Below, one piece after another: positions 25,380-39,059 of a DNA stretch of 64,000 nucleotides. This DNA is from Takakia lepidozioides (Eukaryota; Plantae; Bryophyta): assembly GCA_030704615.1 (NCBI GenBank), contig CM060732.1, forward strand, positions 38,378,001 through 38,442,000, given 5' to 3'. The notes under the pieces were generated by a model. That model was not told where the DNA came from. It saw only the letters and a program-made list of their open reading frames with translations, and ran no database searches. The position numbers and the translations under genes were made by a program. Within the stretch, counting starts at the first letter, position 1. Each line of letters opens with the position of its first letter.

Positions 25380-25765
25380 CCAGCACCATAAAGAAAAGCA
25401 AACACCCTAACCCAGTACCATATAAATTTATTTAAAATAATTTAATTTTTTTTATTAAAAAAAACACTAAGAAACCCAAAAGGCCCTAAACCCTAAACCC
25501 CCAGAAAGGCCGGCCGTCGCCTCCTGCGACACCCTCGCGTCGCATTTGACGACGAGTTTTTTTGAGTTTTTTTACTTGGGGGTCGCACCCCGCAACGGAC
25601 AGCTGTCGCGGGGGGCGACGTGTTTTTATATTTATGGGGCCGGGGGTCGCAAGAAACGACGGCCAGCCGTCGCAAATTTCATTTTTACATTTAAAAAAAA
25701 GGGCGGGCGTAGGCGTGCGACAGCCGAGTGTCGCACGTAGGCGCCGCGCCTTTTTTTTCCCCTAA
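25380..25765. repeat. Internal copy of the CACTA subterminal region, inverted relative to 17.7-17.9 kb
   Basis: AAACACCCTAACCCAGTACCATAT...CCCTAAACCC...GGGGGTCGCAA is the reverse complement of ~17690-17910. Lies between the divergent SET(-) and TnpA-like(+) units. Confidence 0.7.
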
Positions 25766-26195
25766 GTGCTTGAAGCATTTTTTTCCCCTCCCGTTTTCGT
25801 TTGTTCTTTGGGAGAGAGGTAGTTCAGAGAGTGGGGTTTAGGGTGGAGGAGAAACACACCTGCTGCTGAGCCCGAGGTGGTCGCAAAGCCCTAAGGAGTT
25901 TGCCCCAACGCTGCTCCAACGCCCAAGGTAAGCACCGCCTCCTCCCTCACTTTCTGTCTTGCTTTCTTGCCCTAAGCACGGGCTGATGTCTCTCTCCCCT
26001 CTGTGGTAGGAACGTCGCGCAAAGGCGCGACCTAACGAGCTGAAGAGAGAGAGAGAGCCGTGGTGAGCGGAGGAGAGACGCCCTGCAGCGGCGGGGACCC
26101 GCGCCGTTGGCAGCCGCGACAGCACCGCAACAGCTCGTCGCGCCAGCTCGCTTCAAACACCAGCAATAGCAGCAGCCGCAGCATCAGAGGTACGT

Positions 26196-26832
26196 CAGGG
26201 AAATTGCACTATCCCTTTCCTTTATGCTTTTGTTTACTGTTCAAAGGTAGTTTTCCTGCCCTGAGTTTAAATTTAGGTCTGGTGCCAAGAGTGGGATAGA
26301 CCCTTGAGCGCATCCATGATGTCCTCCCCCATGTCACAGACTGGAAACAGGTTCAGGGAAGTTTTCTTTGTAACTTCATTTTCATCGGACAATTTTCTGG
26401 TAACAGACATGGCTTTGGACACTACACTCTCTAAGTCAGGTTTATCGAGCAAGGTCAAGACTTGCGGGTCCAGATTCAGATCCTTGAGAATCTCTTTTAC
26501 TCTCTTCTCCAGGGCTTACCCTGTTTGACATGGCGGTCCTGTTGCCAAGATATAGAGTCGATTAACTTAGGATATATTGCAGCTGAACGCACCATCTGAC
26601 CTTGAATTTAGGATGTCGGGAGCTTAAAAGAGAGCAGCACAGAAGAGAGAGAAGATATTCATGTCATGTCAAGACATGGACAAAACCCACTAGGGTCATT
26701 GTCAATTAAAGACATAAACAACCCAAAACAAGGCACCATCTAACATTTCCATTCTTGTCATAGCTTCCCATGAATTGACATCACCCAATCAGTCATGATA
26801 AAACAGGGTAGGAGGGCGGGGTTTGTTCATGT
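26196..26832 (-). mobile_element. Conserved non-coding module plus non-LTR (LINE) ORF2 C-terminal fragment, copy 1
   Basis: Reverse complement of 39060-39800 (LLDKPDLESVVS vs LLDKSDLEAVVS); module also matches 43140-43325. Confidence 0.7.
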
Positions 26833-26843
26833 AGGGGATGCAA

Positions 26844-29822
26844 GGGGGATTGCTAAACCGTGAGCAGAATCCGTGAGCAGAAAATTCCGCAAGTAGAATT
26901 CTGCTCACGCTTCTGCATGTGCTCACCTATAACCGCGGACACCTATTCGGCCTAGAAGACCTATTACTGCGGGTTGTGTCTAGTATATCATGCATACTTC
27001 ATTCATCGTTATGGATGAATGATGGATGAACGATGGATGAATGGGGGATGAATATATGTTCGACGAATGGCACATGGATGAATGTAGTTTGTGGATGAAT
27101 GCAAAACTAAGATGCATTTTTGAGTAGTGGTTGCTAAATCCACCTAGCTCTAGAGTGAACCTCTGCCCACTGGTGAGGGTTGTGATTGTCCTTTCACTAG
27201 GTATCAGAAGTCGACATAGTTGCTGACACACAATTGCAAAGAAGGTGGAGAGGCCATTTGGTGCTTCAAACTAAATAGTTTAAAAACTGCAGATTCATTC
27301 CGACAAAGAATATTCTATGCTACTGGAGTCGGCATCCAAAATGAAGGCAAAACTGTCTATGAAGACACTAACCCTGCTTTGCACAAAATCCTTTCTGTTT
27401 AAAAGCACAGCAGGGGAGAAGAGAGGAGACTAAATTCCGAAGCTGCAGCCTCCGCATAACACGGCAATTTAAAATCTGCTTTCAGACTTGGGAAAAATTG
27501 CGGGTTTGCAAAGAAAGGGAGGAACCGTGGCGACCTTGGGTTCCTGTACACACACACAAACAATGTAAGTCCACATACATTCTGCTGGCCCAACTTGTGC
27601 AGGAAAGATGGAAATAGAAGGATGCGCCGTCGTGTCAGCGAAGTGCCACAACTGAATTAGCACTTACTCACATGAGAAATCGGAATCAACATCCAGAGCA
27701 TTGGGCTTTTGCAGATCCTGCTCCATAACAATGTTCTCAGTCTGGGTCGAATGCGATGAACCCCCAGACAGAGGTGCGATGACTTGAGAGTAGAGCTGCT
27801 CGTCCCACTCCATCCCAAAAGATCCCCAAATGGCTGCAATTCACTCTCAGGATTAAGGTGTCGTCAACGACATCTTAATCCAGGCACTAAGAGGCAGGAC
27901 TCCATAACTGATGTTGGCCCTTTCAAAAAAAATTGACCATGTAAGATCCTCATTCATGGCAAACTCATCCCAAGAGGGCATGGATTTAAGGTATCGTCAA
28001 CGACACCTTAATTCCATCTCTCAAATAGCAATCAAACAAGAAAATGGCACAACACAGAACAACACAAGACTACATTGAAATTGAAAGCAGAGGTGCAGAG
28101 TTGAGGCCACCTTGAATCAAACGGTATCCAAGGTTGAGAGAAATGCTCACACCCAAATCTAAAGAAGGCAGAGAGGTGAACTCGTGCTTTATAAATAAAC
28201 ATTTCAAAACACGTACTGGGAATTAAGATGTCGTTGACGACACCTTAATCCCCAGCACCTGCACACACACTGCCTTACCGCCAAGGCTTGTTCGCCGTCA
28301 GATTTTTTCGGGTGAATTTTTTTGGGGTTTTTGATTTTTCCATGAATTGTCATATGCCAACTCGTACTGGGAATTAAGATGTCGTTAACGACACCAGCAC
28401 CTGCACACACACCGCCTTACCGCCAAGGCTTGTTCACCATCAGATTTTTGTGGGTTGAAATTTTTTGGGTGAAATTTTTTGGGGTTTTTGGTTTTTCCAT
28501 GAATTGTCATGTGCCAATTCGTATTGAGAATTAAGATGTTGTTGACGACACCTTAATCTGGCACATTCAGGGGGCAAATAAAATAAAATAAAATAAAACA
28601 GATTTTTATTTTATTTTTGTAAACTTGTTGGGAATTAAGATGTCGTTGACGACACCTTAATCCCCCACCACTTGCACACCGCCTTACCGCCAAGGCTTCT
28701 TCGCCTTGAAAGTTTTTTGGGTTGAAATTTTTTTGGTTAATGTTTTTGGGAAAAACAATTCAGGGGTTTTGGTTTTTCCGTAAGCTCTCATGTGCCAACT
28801 CGTATTGGGAATTAAGATGTCGTTGACGACACCTTAATCCCGAGCACCTGCACACACACCATGGTTCATTCATGTCGTTCATTTTTCATCCAAAGTCATC
28901 CAACATTCATCCATTCATTTTTTCATTCATCTCCAAACCATTCATCCGACAGCTTTTCATCGCACATTCGTACCATATGGTCGTCACCCATGAAGGATTC
29001 TTCCGTCGGATGGGGTGGAGATTGTGTCCGTACAGTGTAGTTTTTGTCCATGACAATAGGCCATCTTCTTCCCTCAGTTGTAGGCTCCCATTCACTAATC
29101 TGCTCACGCTTAAGGGATTCTGCTCACGTTTACCACTTAAAGCGTGAGCGTGCTCACGTGAACTGCTCACACGGTAGCTACTCTCTTGCAAATGAGACCA
29201 GTCACTCTTCATGGATCCACTTTGTTCTAGTAAACCCAAACCTTTCTCCATTTTTGGGCTTTTACATATATATATATGGTGAAATTCCCATGTCCAAACA
29301 GGGCAAGGGATTAAGATGTCGTTGACGACATCTTAATTTGTGCTTCCCTGGGCAGGATTACAACTCCCTCCTATGGTTTTTTCCAGGCAAGATTTTTTTT
29401 CTTGCAACGATTTTCATGGGTTCATTTCTCATGCTGAACATGCGATTTAAGATGTTGTTGACGACACCTTAATGCCTGGTCCCTGCGCTTGCTGATCCCT
29501 CACGAGACATGCTCATACAGTCGTCCATAGTCCCCATCTGGACAACTTTTCATCCGTGCTTCATCCAACGTTCATCCATTTCACTTTTACGTCCATCCCA
29601 AATCCATTCATCCGTGAATGTTTCATCGTGCATTCGTGCCACTTTGTCGTCATGAAGTCTGTCTGTCTTCGGTCCGATGGAGCGGAAATTGCATCGTTGT
29701 AGTGAAGTTGGCGTCCACGACAATAGGCCCACTTGTTCCCACGGTTTTGGGGTCCGCATCAAAAATCTGCTCACGCTTCGGGGAATCTGCTCACGGGTTC
29801 TGCTCACGGCTTTGTTGCCCTC
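26844..29822. mobile_element. Non-autonomous hAT-like TIR element (~3.0 kb)
   Basis: 8-bp direct repeat GGATGCAA at 26836-43 and 29823-30. Imperfect TIRs (GGGGGATTGCTAAACCGTGAGCAG vs GAGGGCAACAAAGCCGTGAGCAG) with repeated CGTGAGCAG subterminal motifs. No transposase ORF. Confidence 0.75.
27850..29473. repeat. Array of nine ~30-bp palindromes (ATTAAGATGTCGT-NN-ACGACACCTTAAT)
   Basis: Copies at ~27850, 27982, 28219, 28370 (partial), 28528, 28631, 28808, 29308 and 29446. The first two are in the opposite orientation. Confidence 0.9.
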
Positions 29823-30224
29823 GGATGCAAGCATCTTGAACACCCGAGATCCGGCCATCTTGGCCAATGAATCATTTGTTCATGTATGGGACAAGATAAG
29901 ATATTGTTGTCCCTGTGCAGGCTGCAACGCCTTTTGGTTCAGCCTGTACACATACCAGCAGCCTACCATTTCAGCCATTAATTATGGCAGGTCATGCATC
30001 AGCCAAGGCATAAGGACCAGCCTGCAGTTTGTCAAAATCTCAGTATGCCACCAAGCAGTCCAACTTGAGCAAGATGAAATAGATTCCATATCATTTGTAT
30101 TCACCCCGAGACATGTGATCATACAAGGTATCAAGGGAATGTGAATGCAGCCTGTCAAATTGCAGGTTCAAGACTTGTACCAACAAGCAGCATGAACAGC
30201 CGAGATCCAGCCTCTTTTGTATAT

Positions 30225-33200
30225 CACTAGAAGAGAAACCGGCTTTTTCCACGGCTCTGCCATCTCACACCTGGCACATTCCACGGCTTTTATCATGGGT
30301 CTGTAGACTGAGCCAAGGTGTGGGTCTAAATATGCCCTAACTGTGGGGTGTCTCACATGTGGTCCACACCCCAGGCAAGAACGGTGTGAAAACAGCCATG
30401 ACCGTGGCAGGGGTTGGCTTAGTTTACATGGCATGTTACACACCTGTGTGAAATGGGACCATACAATTATTTCCACTGATTGTGGTGTATGGGTTTAGTT
30501 AGTACTCCGCTGCAAATGGAATAAATCATGAACTTCAGAAATCTGCCCTCGGAAAGACGAAGAGGTGGTCGTCGCATTTTGCAATGTAAACCGAATGCAA
30601 TGCAAGCTTAACAGTCCTCATATTATGATTGAAGGGAGTCAAATTAAGTGTGACCATATCAGTGCAGGGACATAAATATGAATCATTCAACATTGTAAAA
30701 TGAAAACAAGGTAGAGCTAGTACATGGTACCTTTAAACTTGCTGCAGAGTGCAAAAGGTTTAAAGATCAAAGTGCAAAAGGTTTAAATTTTTTTGCAAAA
30801 GTTGCTTGTAGGGTTTGCAAAAGGTTAATTTTTTTAAAAAGTTGCCCATCCCGGTAGCTGTGAACAGAGGGTTGGGACTTAGAGCGCGCGAGCAGGAGGG
30901 AGAGAGAGAGGGCTGGGACTTAGAGCAGCGAGTGGGAGGGAGGGCAAACATGGGAGGCCCGCAGTTGGAGCAACCTTCGCATCTAAAAAGCAAGCAACCC
31001 GACAAACGCTAGGGTATGTGTGCGAGGACTAGGTGTCGGCTGAGAGCTCGCCGTTCTGGGGAGAGTCAGCTTGGTCTTAGGTCGAGGACAATGTGGTGAG
31101 GGCACCTTCTTCTTCGACCTATTTCAGCCTGTTTTGCGCTCTCATCAAACTCAGCCTTAAATTTGTAGCACGGAGCAGAGCTGGCATGAGTTTTTAAAGA
31201 TTATTCACGATGGGACAACCGCAATCGCAAGGTGTGGCTTTTTCTTAATGTACGATGTAAAGAAGTTTGTCCATCCTGCAAATGTCCTGTTAGTACCGTG
31301 CTTTGGTATCCTTCCTGATGTTTACAAGGTTCTTGGAAGAGTCAGCTTGGTCTTAGCAGGCCGTGCTTCAATTTCTGCCCGTTCAGCTGCACCATGGTGG
31401 TTCTCATAGACCAATCAGACATTACTTGACTACAGACACAAGCAGCACACACAAGAGGTTCTCTTAGGTTCATGGTCAGTCAAATCCTCCATGGGTCATG
31501 ACACAAGGTCGAGGACAATGTGGTGAGGGCACCTTCTTCTTTGACCTATTTCAGCCTGTTTTTCCCTCCCATCAGACTCGGTTGATAGAACTAGGCAGCG
31601 GTAACGGAGGCACCTTCTTCAATACATTTCAGCCTGTTTTCCTTGTTATCAGAGTTGTCCCTAATTTTCATGTTGAATTCTGCAAGTTAGCTCTTGGTGG
31701 ATCTATGGTACAGGGGGTTTTGAAGTGATTTGACATGTTACTGCCTATGTAGCAACAGGAAAGTATTGAAAACAGATAACAGAAACTAAGAGAAGCTCTG
31801 GAATGAAGGAGCAGGGATAGAGTGTGGGTTGAGATTCATCGAAGCGGGTCGGATTTCAAGCTCCAAATCACCTATGATTCCCTGTGGAAGGATAGCTACA
31901 AGAAACCTGCATGGGTAGATGGTCAATTGGAAGCCGCGGCAGCAACGGCACAAATGATCAAATCAGGCACCTCAACCATGACCACAACTCTGGAAGAGGA
32001 TCAAGAGAGGGAGTCCACAGTGCCTGTTCTGGCACTCCTGGGCATGTCAAGATGCTTTGTGAGGTAGGTAGACTGAATGAGGCTCTACAGACTTTAAACC
32101 AATGAGGAATTTCAGCAAATTTAGATAAGTATGTCTGTCTCTTGCTTAAGTGCATCAAGAGGAAAGGTTTGGAAGCTGGAAAGCAGGTGCACACTCACAT
32201 TATGATCCAAAGTGGACTCACGCCAACTGTTTTTCTCCTCAACACCCTTGTCAACCTGTATGTTAAGTGCGGGAGCATCATGATGCTCACCAAGTTTTCA
32301 ACAGAATGCCTCAACGATATTTGATCTCATGGAATACAATGCTGGAAGGATTTACCACGCGTTGGTGTTTGTGTTTGCAAAAGCGTGTGCAAGCGTGGGA
32401 CCTCTGGAAAATGGGGGAAAGGGGGCACCTTCTTCAATAGCACAACGGCTACAAGTGGGTAGATGGTCAATTGGAAACAGCAGCGGCAGCAACACATTGA
32501 TAGAACAAGGCACTAGCTAGGATCGATAGCTACAAGAAACCTGCATGGGTAGATGGTCAACTAAAGGCAGCAGCTGCAATGTCACAGTTGATAAAATCAA
32601 GCACCTCAACCAAGACCACAGCCTCTGGAAGAGGATCAAGAGAGGGAGTCCACAAGCCTCTTCTGGCACTTCTGGGCATGTGAAGATGTCTTGTGAGGCA
32701 CGCAGACTGAAAGAGGCTCTACAGACTTTAATTTAAACCAAAGAGGCATTTCAGCAGATTCAGAAACGCATGTCTGTCTCTTGCATAAGTGCATCAAGGT
32801 GAAAGCCTGGAAGTTGGAAAGCAGGTGCACACTCACATTATCCAAAGTGGATTCACGCCAAATGTTTTTCTCCTCCACACCCTTGTCAACATGCATGTTA
32901 AGTGCGGGAGCATCATGGATGCTCACCAAGTGTTCAACAGAATGCCTCAACGATATTTGATCACGTGGACTATCATGTTGGCAGGATTTACCAAGCATGG
33001 GTGTGGTAGGAATGTTTTGGAGACCTATGAGCAAATGATGGGGGAAGCGATTTAGCCCAACCACATCACGTTTGTAGCGTTTGTAGTGTGCGTGCAAGCC
33101 TGGCAGCCCTGGAAAAAGGCAAAGAGGTGCATGGTGACATCGTGAGATCTGGAATCCTACCAGATGTCATCCTGAATACTGCCCTGGTGGACATGTATGC

Positions 33201-36200
33201 CAAATGTGGGTGCATCGAGGATGCAAAAGGGAGTGTTCGACAATATGGCTGAACGAAATGTGGTGTCGTGGAGTGCGATGCTCGCAGGGTATGCACAGTA
33301 GGGGTGCGGGATGGAGGCTTTGGAGACCTATGAGCAAATGATGGGGGAAGGGGTGAAGCCCAACCACATCACATTTGTGTGCGTTTGCAGTGCGTGTGCA
33401 AGCCTGACAGCGTTGCAAAAGGGCATAGAGGTGCATGGCGACATCATCAGAGCTAGAATCGTACCAGATGTGATCCTGAATAATACCCTGGTGGACATGT
33501 ATGCCAAATGTGGGAGCATCGAGCATGCAAAGGGAGTGTTCAACAATATGGCTGAACGAGATGTGGTGTTGTGGAGTGCGATGATTGCAGGATATGCACA
33601 GCAAGGGCGTGGGATGGAGGTTTTGGAGACCTATGAGCAAATGATCTGCGAAGGGGTGAAGCCCAACCATGTCACATTTGTGTGCATTTGCAAGCCTGGC
33701 AGCCCTGGAAATGGGCAAAGAGGTCCATGGTGACATTGTCAAAGCTGGAATTGTACCCAATGTCATTATGAACTCTGCCCTGGTGGACATGTAGGCCAAA
33801 TGTGGGAGCATTGAGGATGCGAAGGGATTGTTCAACACTATGGCTGAACGAGATGTGGTGTCGTGGAACACGATGCTTGCAGGGTATGCACAACAGGGGC
33901 GCGAGATGGAGGCCTTGGAGACGTAAGAGAAATTGATGGGGGAAGGGGTGAAGTGCAACCACATCACGTTTTGTATGCGTTCGCAATGCTTGTGCAAGCC
34001 TAGCAGCCCTGGAAAAGGGCAAAGAGGTGCATGGTGACATTGCCAAAGCTGGAATTGTACCAGATGTGATTCTGAACAATACCCTCGTGGACTTTTATGC
34101 CAAATGTGGGTCCATCGAGGATGCAAAGGCAGTGTTTGATAAGATGGCTGCACATTCACGGGATGGAGGCTTTGGATACCTATGAGCAAATGATGGGCAA
34201 AGGGCGACAATTTGGAGGTTGTGATGGCTGCATATGTGTGGGGAAAAGAAGCGAAGGGATAGAGTGTTTCAGGCACAAGATTACTTATGATTCCCTGTGA
34301 ATCAATAGCTACTAGCAACCTGCATGGGTAGATGGTCAACTGGAAGCTGCAGCAGCAACAACACAATAGATAAATTCAAGCACTGCTAATGAAGGCACCT
34401 TCTTCAACACATTTCACCTTGTTTTTCCCTCTTATCAGAATCGGCCCTGAATTTTCATGTTGAATTCTGCAAGGTGCTGGTTGAGTAAACCTTTGATAGT
34501 TTGGAGTGACTGACTGATATTGCCAATGTGACAACAGGAAAGTATCCAGAAACAGGTAACAGAGACAAGGAGACCAGGAGATGTGGAATGAATACTTTTC
34601 TGACCCCAGTCAATGGTGGGACAATCGAGGCAAAAGGTAAATGCCTGGATTACAGAGAGTAGCAAATGCAATTGAGCATAGGAACTAATGTGATAAGTTG
34701 AGTTGGGTGTTTCCTAGAACAATTCTAGGCTTTCATTGTCAGTTGCTAGCAGCACAGAAAGGGTGAATGCATGATTTGTGCAGAGGCATGGATAGCTGAA
34801 GGAGCAGGGATAGAGTGTGGGTCCAGATTCATCTAAGAGGGCCAGATTTCAAGCTCCACATTACCTGTGATTCCCTGTGGATCAATAGCTACCAGAAACC
34901 TCCATGGGTAGATGGTCAACTGGCAGCAGCGGCACAATTGATATAATCAGGCACTGCTAATGAAAGCATCTTCTTCATTACATTTCCCTCTTATTAGAAT
35001 CGGCCCTAACTTTCCATGTTGAATTCTGCAAGTTAGCTGGTTGAGTGAATCTAGTTTGGAGTGGCTTTGACATGATACTGCCAATGTGACAACATGAAAG
35101 TATCCAGAATTAGGTAATAGAGACGAGGACAAGCTGTGGAATGAATACTTTTCTGACCCCAGTCAATGGTGGGACAATCGAGGCAAGAAGGTGAATGCTT
35201 GTTGGATTATAGAGAGTAGCAGATGCAATTGAGCATATGAACTAGTGTGATAAGTTGAGTTGGGTGTTTCCTAGAACAAATCTAGGCTGTCATCGTCAGC
35301 TGCTAGCAGCAAGGCAAGGATGTATGCTTGATTTGTGCAGAGGCATGGATAGCTGAAGGAGCAGGGATATAGTGTGGGTCCAGACTCAGGAGTTTCCGCC
35401 TTGGCAGGTTGCTCAGTGACCTTCCCTGATAGCTTTGGAGTATACTGAGTGTCTCACAATGCAATGTTGGTTGGTGCATCTTATGCAGGAACTTGGAAAA
35501 CAAACAAATGTCGTTTTTTGGAGCTTTAGGCTGAACCTCTGTGCTGGGCTGCATTGTGCAACCTGGCCTCTGCCTCAGACTTAGACTCAGATCTTTGATC
35601 TCAGACTCAGACTCAGACTCAGACTCTTTGATGTCAGACTGAAGTGTATTTGGGCACTGAAGCACTTATGTAATTTTGAATTATCGTTGCATCTGCTCAT
35701 TCTATCTGTTTGTTCTGGCCATGCTTAGTCAGTTCTTCATGTCATGAGCAGGTTGTTGCTGTGATGCTTTGGAATTGTGTTTAGGTGTCTTTAGATCGTG
35801 ATACTGACCACAAGCAACCTACGGTGAACTGTGGTATCCTCCACATTTATGTGGAATGTCCTACAACGTAGGTCATAGTATATTTCACACCCGCTATGGT
35901 CTTCTCCATAGTTATGTGGAATGACCTACAGTATAGGCAGTAAAATACTCCACACCCACACCAAGAGTTGCTCCAAAATACGCCACGTGTTGCCCTGACA
36001 AAAATACACGTGGTGCCCATACCGTTGCCCAGATGTCGTCAAGCCATGGTGACAGGCTGTCGCATAATTTTCCCGTAGGTGTGGACAAGTCCACACCCTT
36101 TGTACGTCTAGGATCCACGTGGCGGTGTTCGCCAAAGCACACATCGCCCGTGGAAAAAACCATTCACCCCGTGAAAAAAGCCACCTCTGGATTCAGCCAC

Positions 36201-36359
36201 CCGTGGACTTTTCCACAGGGCCACCCGAGAGCCAGGCCGTCCACGGGGTGTCCGAAAGCACTAGTCGTTTCTTACACCCACGACAGGTGTGGATTGCGAC
36301 TGATTCCAGAGCAAAAAGTGTGGAAAAAGCCGTGGAAAAAGCCGGTTTCTCTTCTAGTG
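30225..36359. mobile_element. Pack-CACTA: non-autonomous CACTA carrying host gene fragments
   Basis: Perfect ~30-bp TIRs CACTAGAAGAGAAACCGGCTTTTTCCACGG / CCGTGGAAAAAGCCGGTTTCTCTTCTAGTG. 3-bp TSD TAT (30222-24, 36360-62). CCACG/CGTGG subterminal repeats. No transposase. Confidence 0.93.
31822..35190 (+). pseudogene. Captured, internally duplicated PDF-motif + PLS-class PPR gene fragments
   Basis: Repeated NTLVDMYAKCGSIEHAKGVFNNMAERDVVLWSAMIAGYAQQG and GVKPNHITFVC with stops and frameshifts. SDFKLQITYDSLW...PAWV at 31849, PDFKLHITCDSLW...PPWV at 34842, WNEYFSDPSQWWDNRGK at 34584 and 35137 followed by GT donors. Confidence 0.88.
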
Positions 36360-37434
36360 TATAGAAAACCAGATTGCAGGTCATAGGCCTGATGTCATGA
36401 CAGATCCAAAACTGTAGGTAGGATCCCACTGCAGCTTACCATCCTCATCCTTCAAGAGTTCCATGCTAAGACATGCAAAGAGCACCTTACTACGATCCAG
36501 TACACATCAGAAGTAGGCCTGAAAAGGAGCAGGGCAGTACCCTACCAGGTTGCCGCCTTAAACTTCAAGGCCACCAGGTCCATAGATACCCAAAACCGCC
36601 AAAAACATACCACCAAAAACCAGATCCTCTTTGGCCAAAAGAACTTACAACCTAGCTTAATAATCCACAGGCTTTGCTGTCAAAGATCAAAAGGTAGGGT
36701 ATGGTTTGTATGCAAGCCTCAAGAAACAGGCTAGTCAGGCTGAGCTACGCATCGGCGGCAGAACGACAAAGGCCAGAACGCAGGCTGTAGCATGTCAAGC
36801 CAGGGGCAGTCGGGTTGAAATCGGGGCTACAGGCAGCAGCCACCTCAGCACACAAACCCATAGGTCTCCTCAACCCATATCCCAATCTGCATGCTCAAGA
36901 AACTTCAAAGTAGGTGAGGATCCTCACCTGGTCCCATCACAAGCCCCCACAAAAACCAACAGGTTAGTGAGGATTGTGGAACCTCAGGTGAATCACAGAC
37001 CCTCACACTTGTCATCGATGTCAACTAAGAAACTCAAAAGCAAGAGAAAGAGATAAGAACAAGAGAATCCCTAAACTCCAAAGGCGCCTTAAGCGATTGG
37101 GGAAGATGGTTATGCGCCATCACCACCCGCAACAAGCCGCCTCCACAAAGCACATAAGCAATGAAGCAAAGCATGCACAATCGCAAGGCACTAGAAAGGA
37201 GGGAGAGAACTTCCCATCATAAGCATCCTTGCTAAGCACAGAAAAAGCCAGAGGAGGGAAGATGCCACTGCATTCATAGCGGTGTTTCCCGCTGCAAGAG
37301 AGACAAGGCGCCGCCTTCGCGCCCCCCTAGGCGCTCGTCCAGCATGGGTACGACACCACAAACGGGGCAGCCACCGAAGCACGTCCGCCATAACACTCTC
37401 CTCGCGAGCTCAGAAGCACATTGCGTGCTTCTAC

Positions 37435-37892
37435 TCAGTTACCCCCCCCCCCCCCCCCCCCACCTTCCTCTATTTCTTTTTGTTTCCTGATCTCTCCCTC
37501 TCTCTCCCTCTCTCCCTCTCCCTCTATAACTCTTTGGATTTCATCTGGCCTTAACCTTTTGAGGTTATTTAGTTTTTCATCCCAACCTTTTTCATCCAAA
37601 TTTGGATGATATTATTATAGGATGATGAAACTTAATGTACAGAAAGCTTGATTTACCATCTATTTCTTTCATCTAAACTGGATGAACTACATGAATAATG
37701 GTAACCTATTTTAAAATCCAAGTGAATAATAAAACTACCATCATAAATGATGGCAGTTATTAAACCTAAGCCTATACCATAACCCTAAAAGATACATTTC
37801 TATTGGATGTCATCCATTGACAAAATGCTTCTCTTGATAAAATGTGATTTTTCATCCACCCTGGATGAGAAATCGGGAAGTTGTGCCCTAAG
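37435..37892. repeat. TTCATCC/GGATGA-rich dispersed repeat, copy A
   Basis: Starts TCAGTTAC+poly-C, ends ...GCCCTAA. Same architecture as copies at 40152, 40831 and (inverted) 46740-47210. Confidence 0.6.
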
Positions 37893-39059
37893 CAGGCCGA
37901 CACATTTCACAGCACTGAACCCGTGCTTCAGTGAACCTTGATGATGCGCCGTATAAACCTGCTCCTCTGCTGCTACATGGTACTCGTGATGGCTGGTTCT
38001 TGGATGCGCATTGGTGGTTAGGCAGATTCCTCTCTGGCAGACGACAAAGCGGTGATCGCTTTGATCAGAAACTCATGGTTCTTTATTTTGCAGCGGCGCT
38101 TTTACTCCTTGTTGGGAAGTACTATATCCCTCTTTATCTACAGATTACATGTTGCTCTCTCTTTGTGTATGAGCCATTCTCTATCTGTGAACGCTTCTAC
38201 TCTGATTGCGTTCTGTGGAGACGATCTATTGGACGCCATGACGCAGGGCATACCACAAACACTCAAGGTTTTTTGAGTTTACCCTTGCTTGAATTATGAT
38301 TTGTACATGCTTTAGAATTCAACACTGACATTGGATAGCAACTGTGAAGACCTGCCACTCACTTGCTGCATCCTCACTAACACACATCGCTATGTGGTGG
38401 TTTTTGGGACGGGCACAGGTGAGGGTCTTCACTTGTCTTGATTTCTTGAAGCTTGCAGCTCCTGTTCTTGCAAATGTGGATTCTGCTGCTGCCTATGCTG
38501 CTGATGCCATTTACTGTTTCAAACTGCCTCCATGCCGCTTCAGACCTGCTCCAAGATGGCTCCAATGAGGATCTGCTTCTCTCCTTACCCCTGTTTTTGG
38601 TTTTTTACAACCACATTTGCATGTGTAGGAGTTAAACTATGAAGGGTACAAGGATACAAAATAGCAGTTATTACTCTGACTGCTTTGATACTTGGCTCTG
38701 AAATGAAACTTCTTGGTATGACTCTGATGGATCAAAAGGATAGGCTTTGATAGATAACACACATTCTTCAAGGCCCTCATATCATTTTGGTCTCATGGCT
38801 TGATAACAAACAGGGGTTTCTGAGCTGCTCTTTCACCTTGGTAGAGCTATTTTATGAGGCCTTAAAATACCATTCCAGGCCTATACCTGCTTAAGGGGGC
38901 TCAACCCTGTTGTTTCTTCTTCCTTTTTAAGAATCTTGCTTGTATCTTGGTTCTAAAAACATCAACTTCAAACCAAACCTGCAATCTGGTTTTTGAAATG
39001 AGTTTGAAATGAATTTTTGAGATGATGATGCATACCATGGTGCTTTCATGATATGAATG

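Noticed and set aside
27850-29473. CRISPR-like array of palindromic repeats
   Set aside because: Intervals are long, unequal and partly homologous to each other, orientation flips, there are no cas genes, and the context is a plant nuclear TIR element.
33167-34366. 399-aa minus-strand ORF
   Set aside because: Antisense shadow of the repetitive PPR pseudogene on the plus strand.
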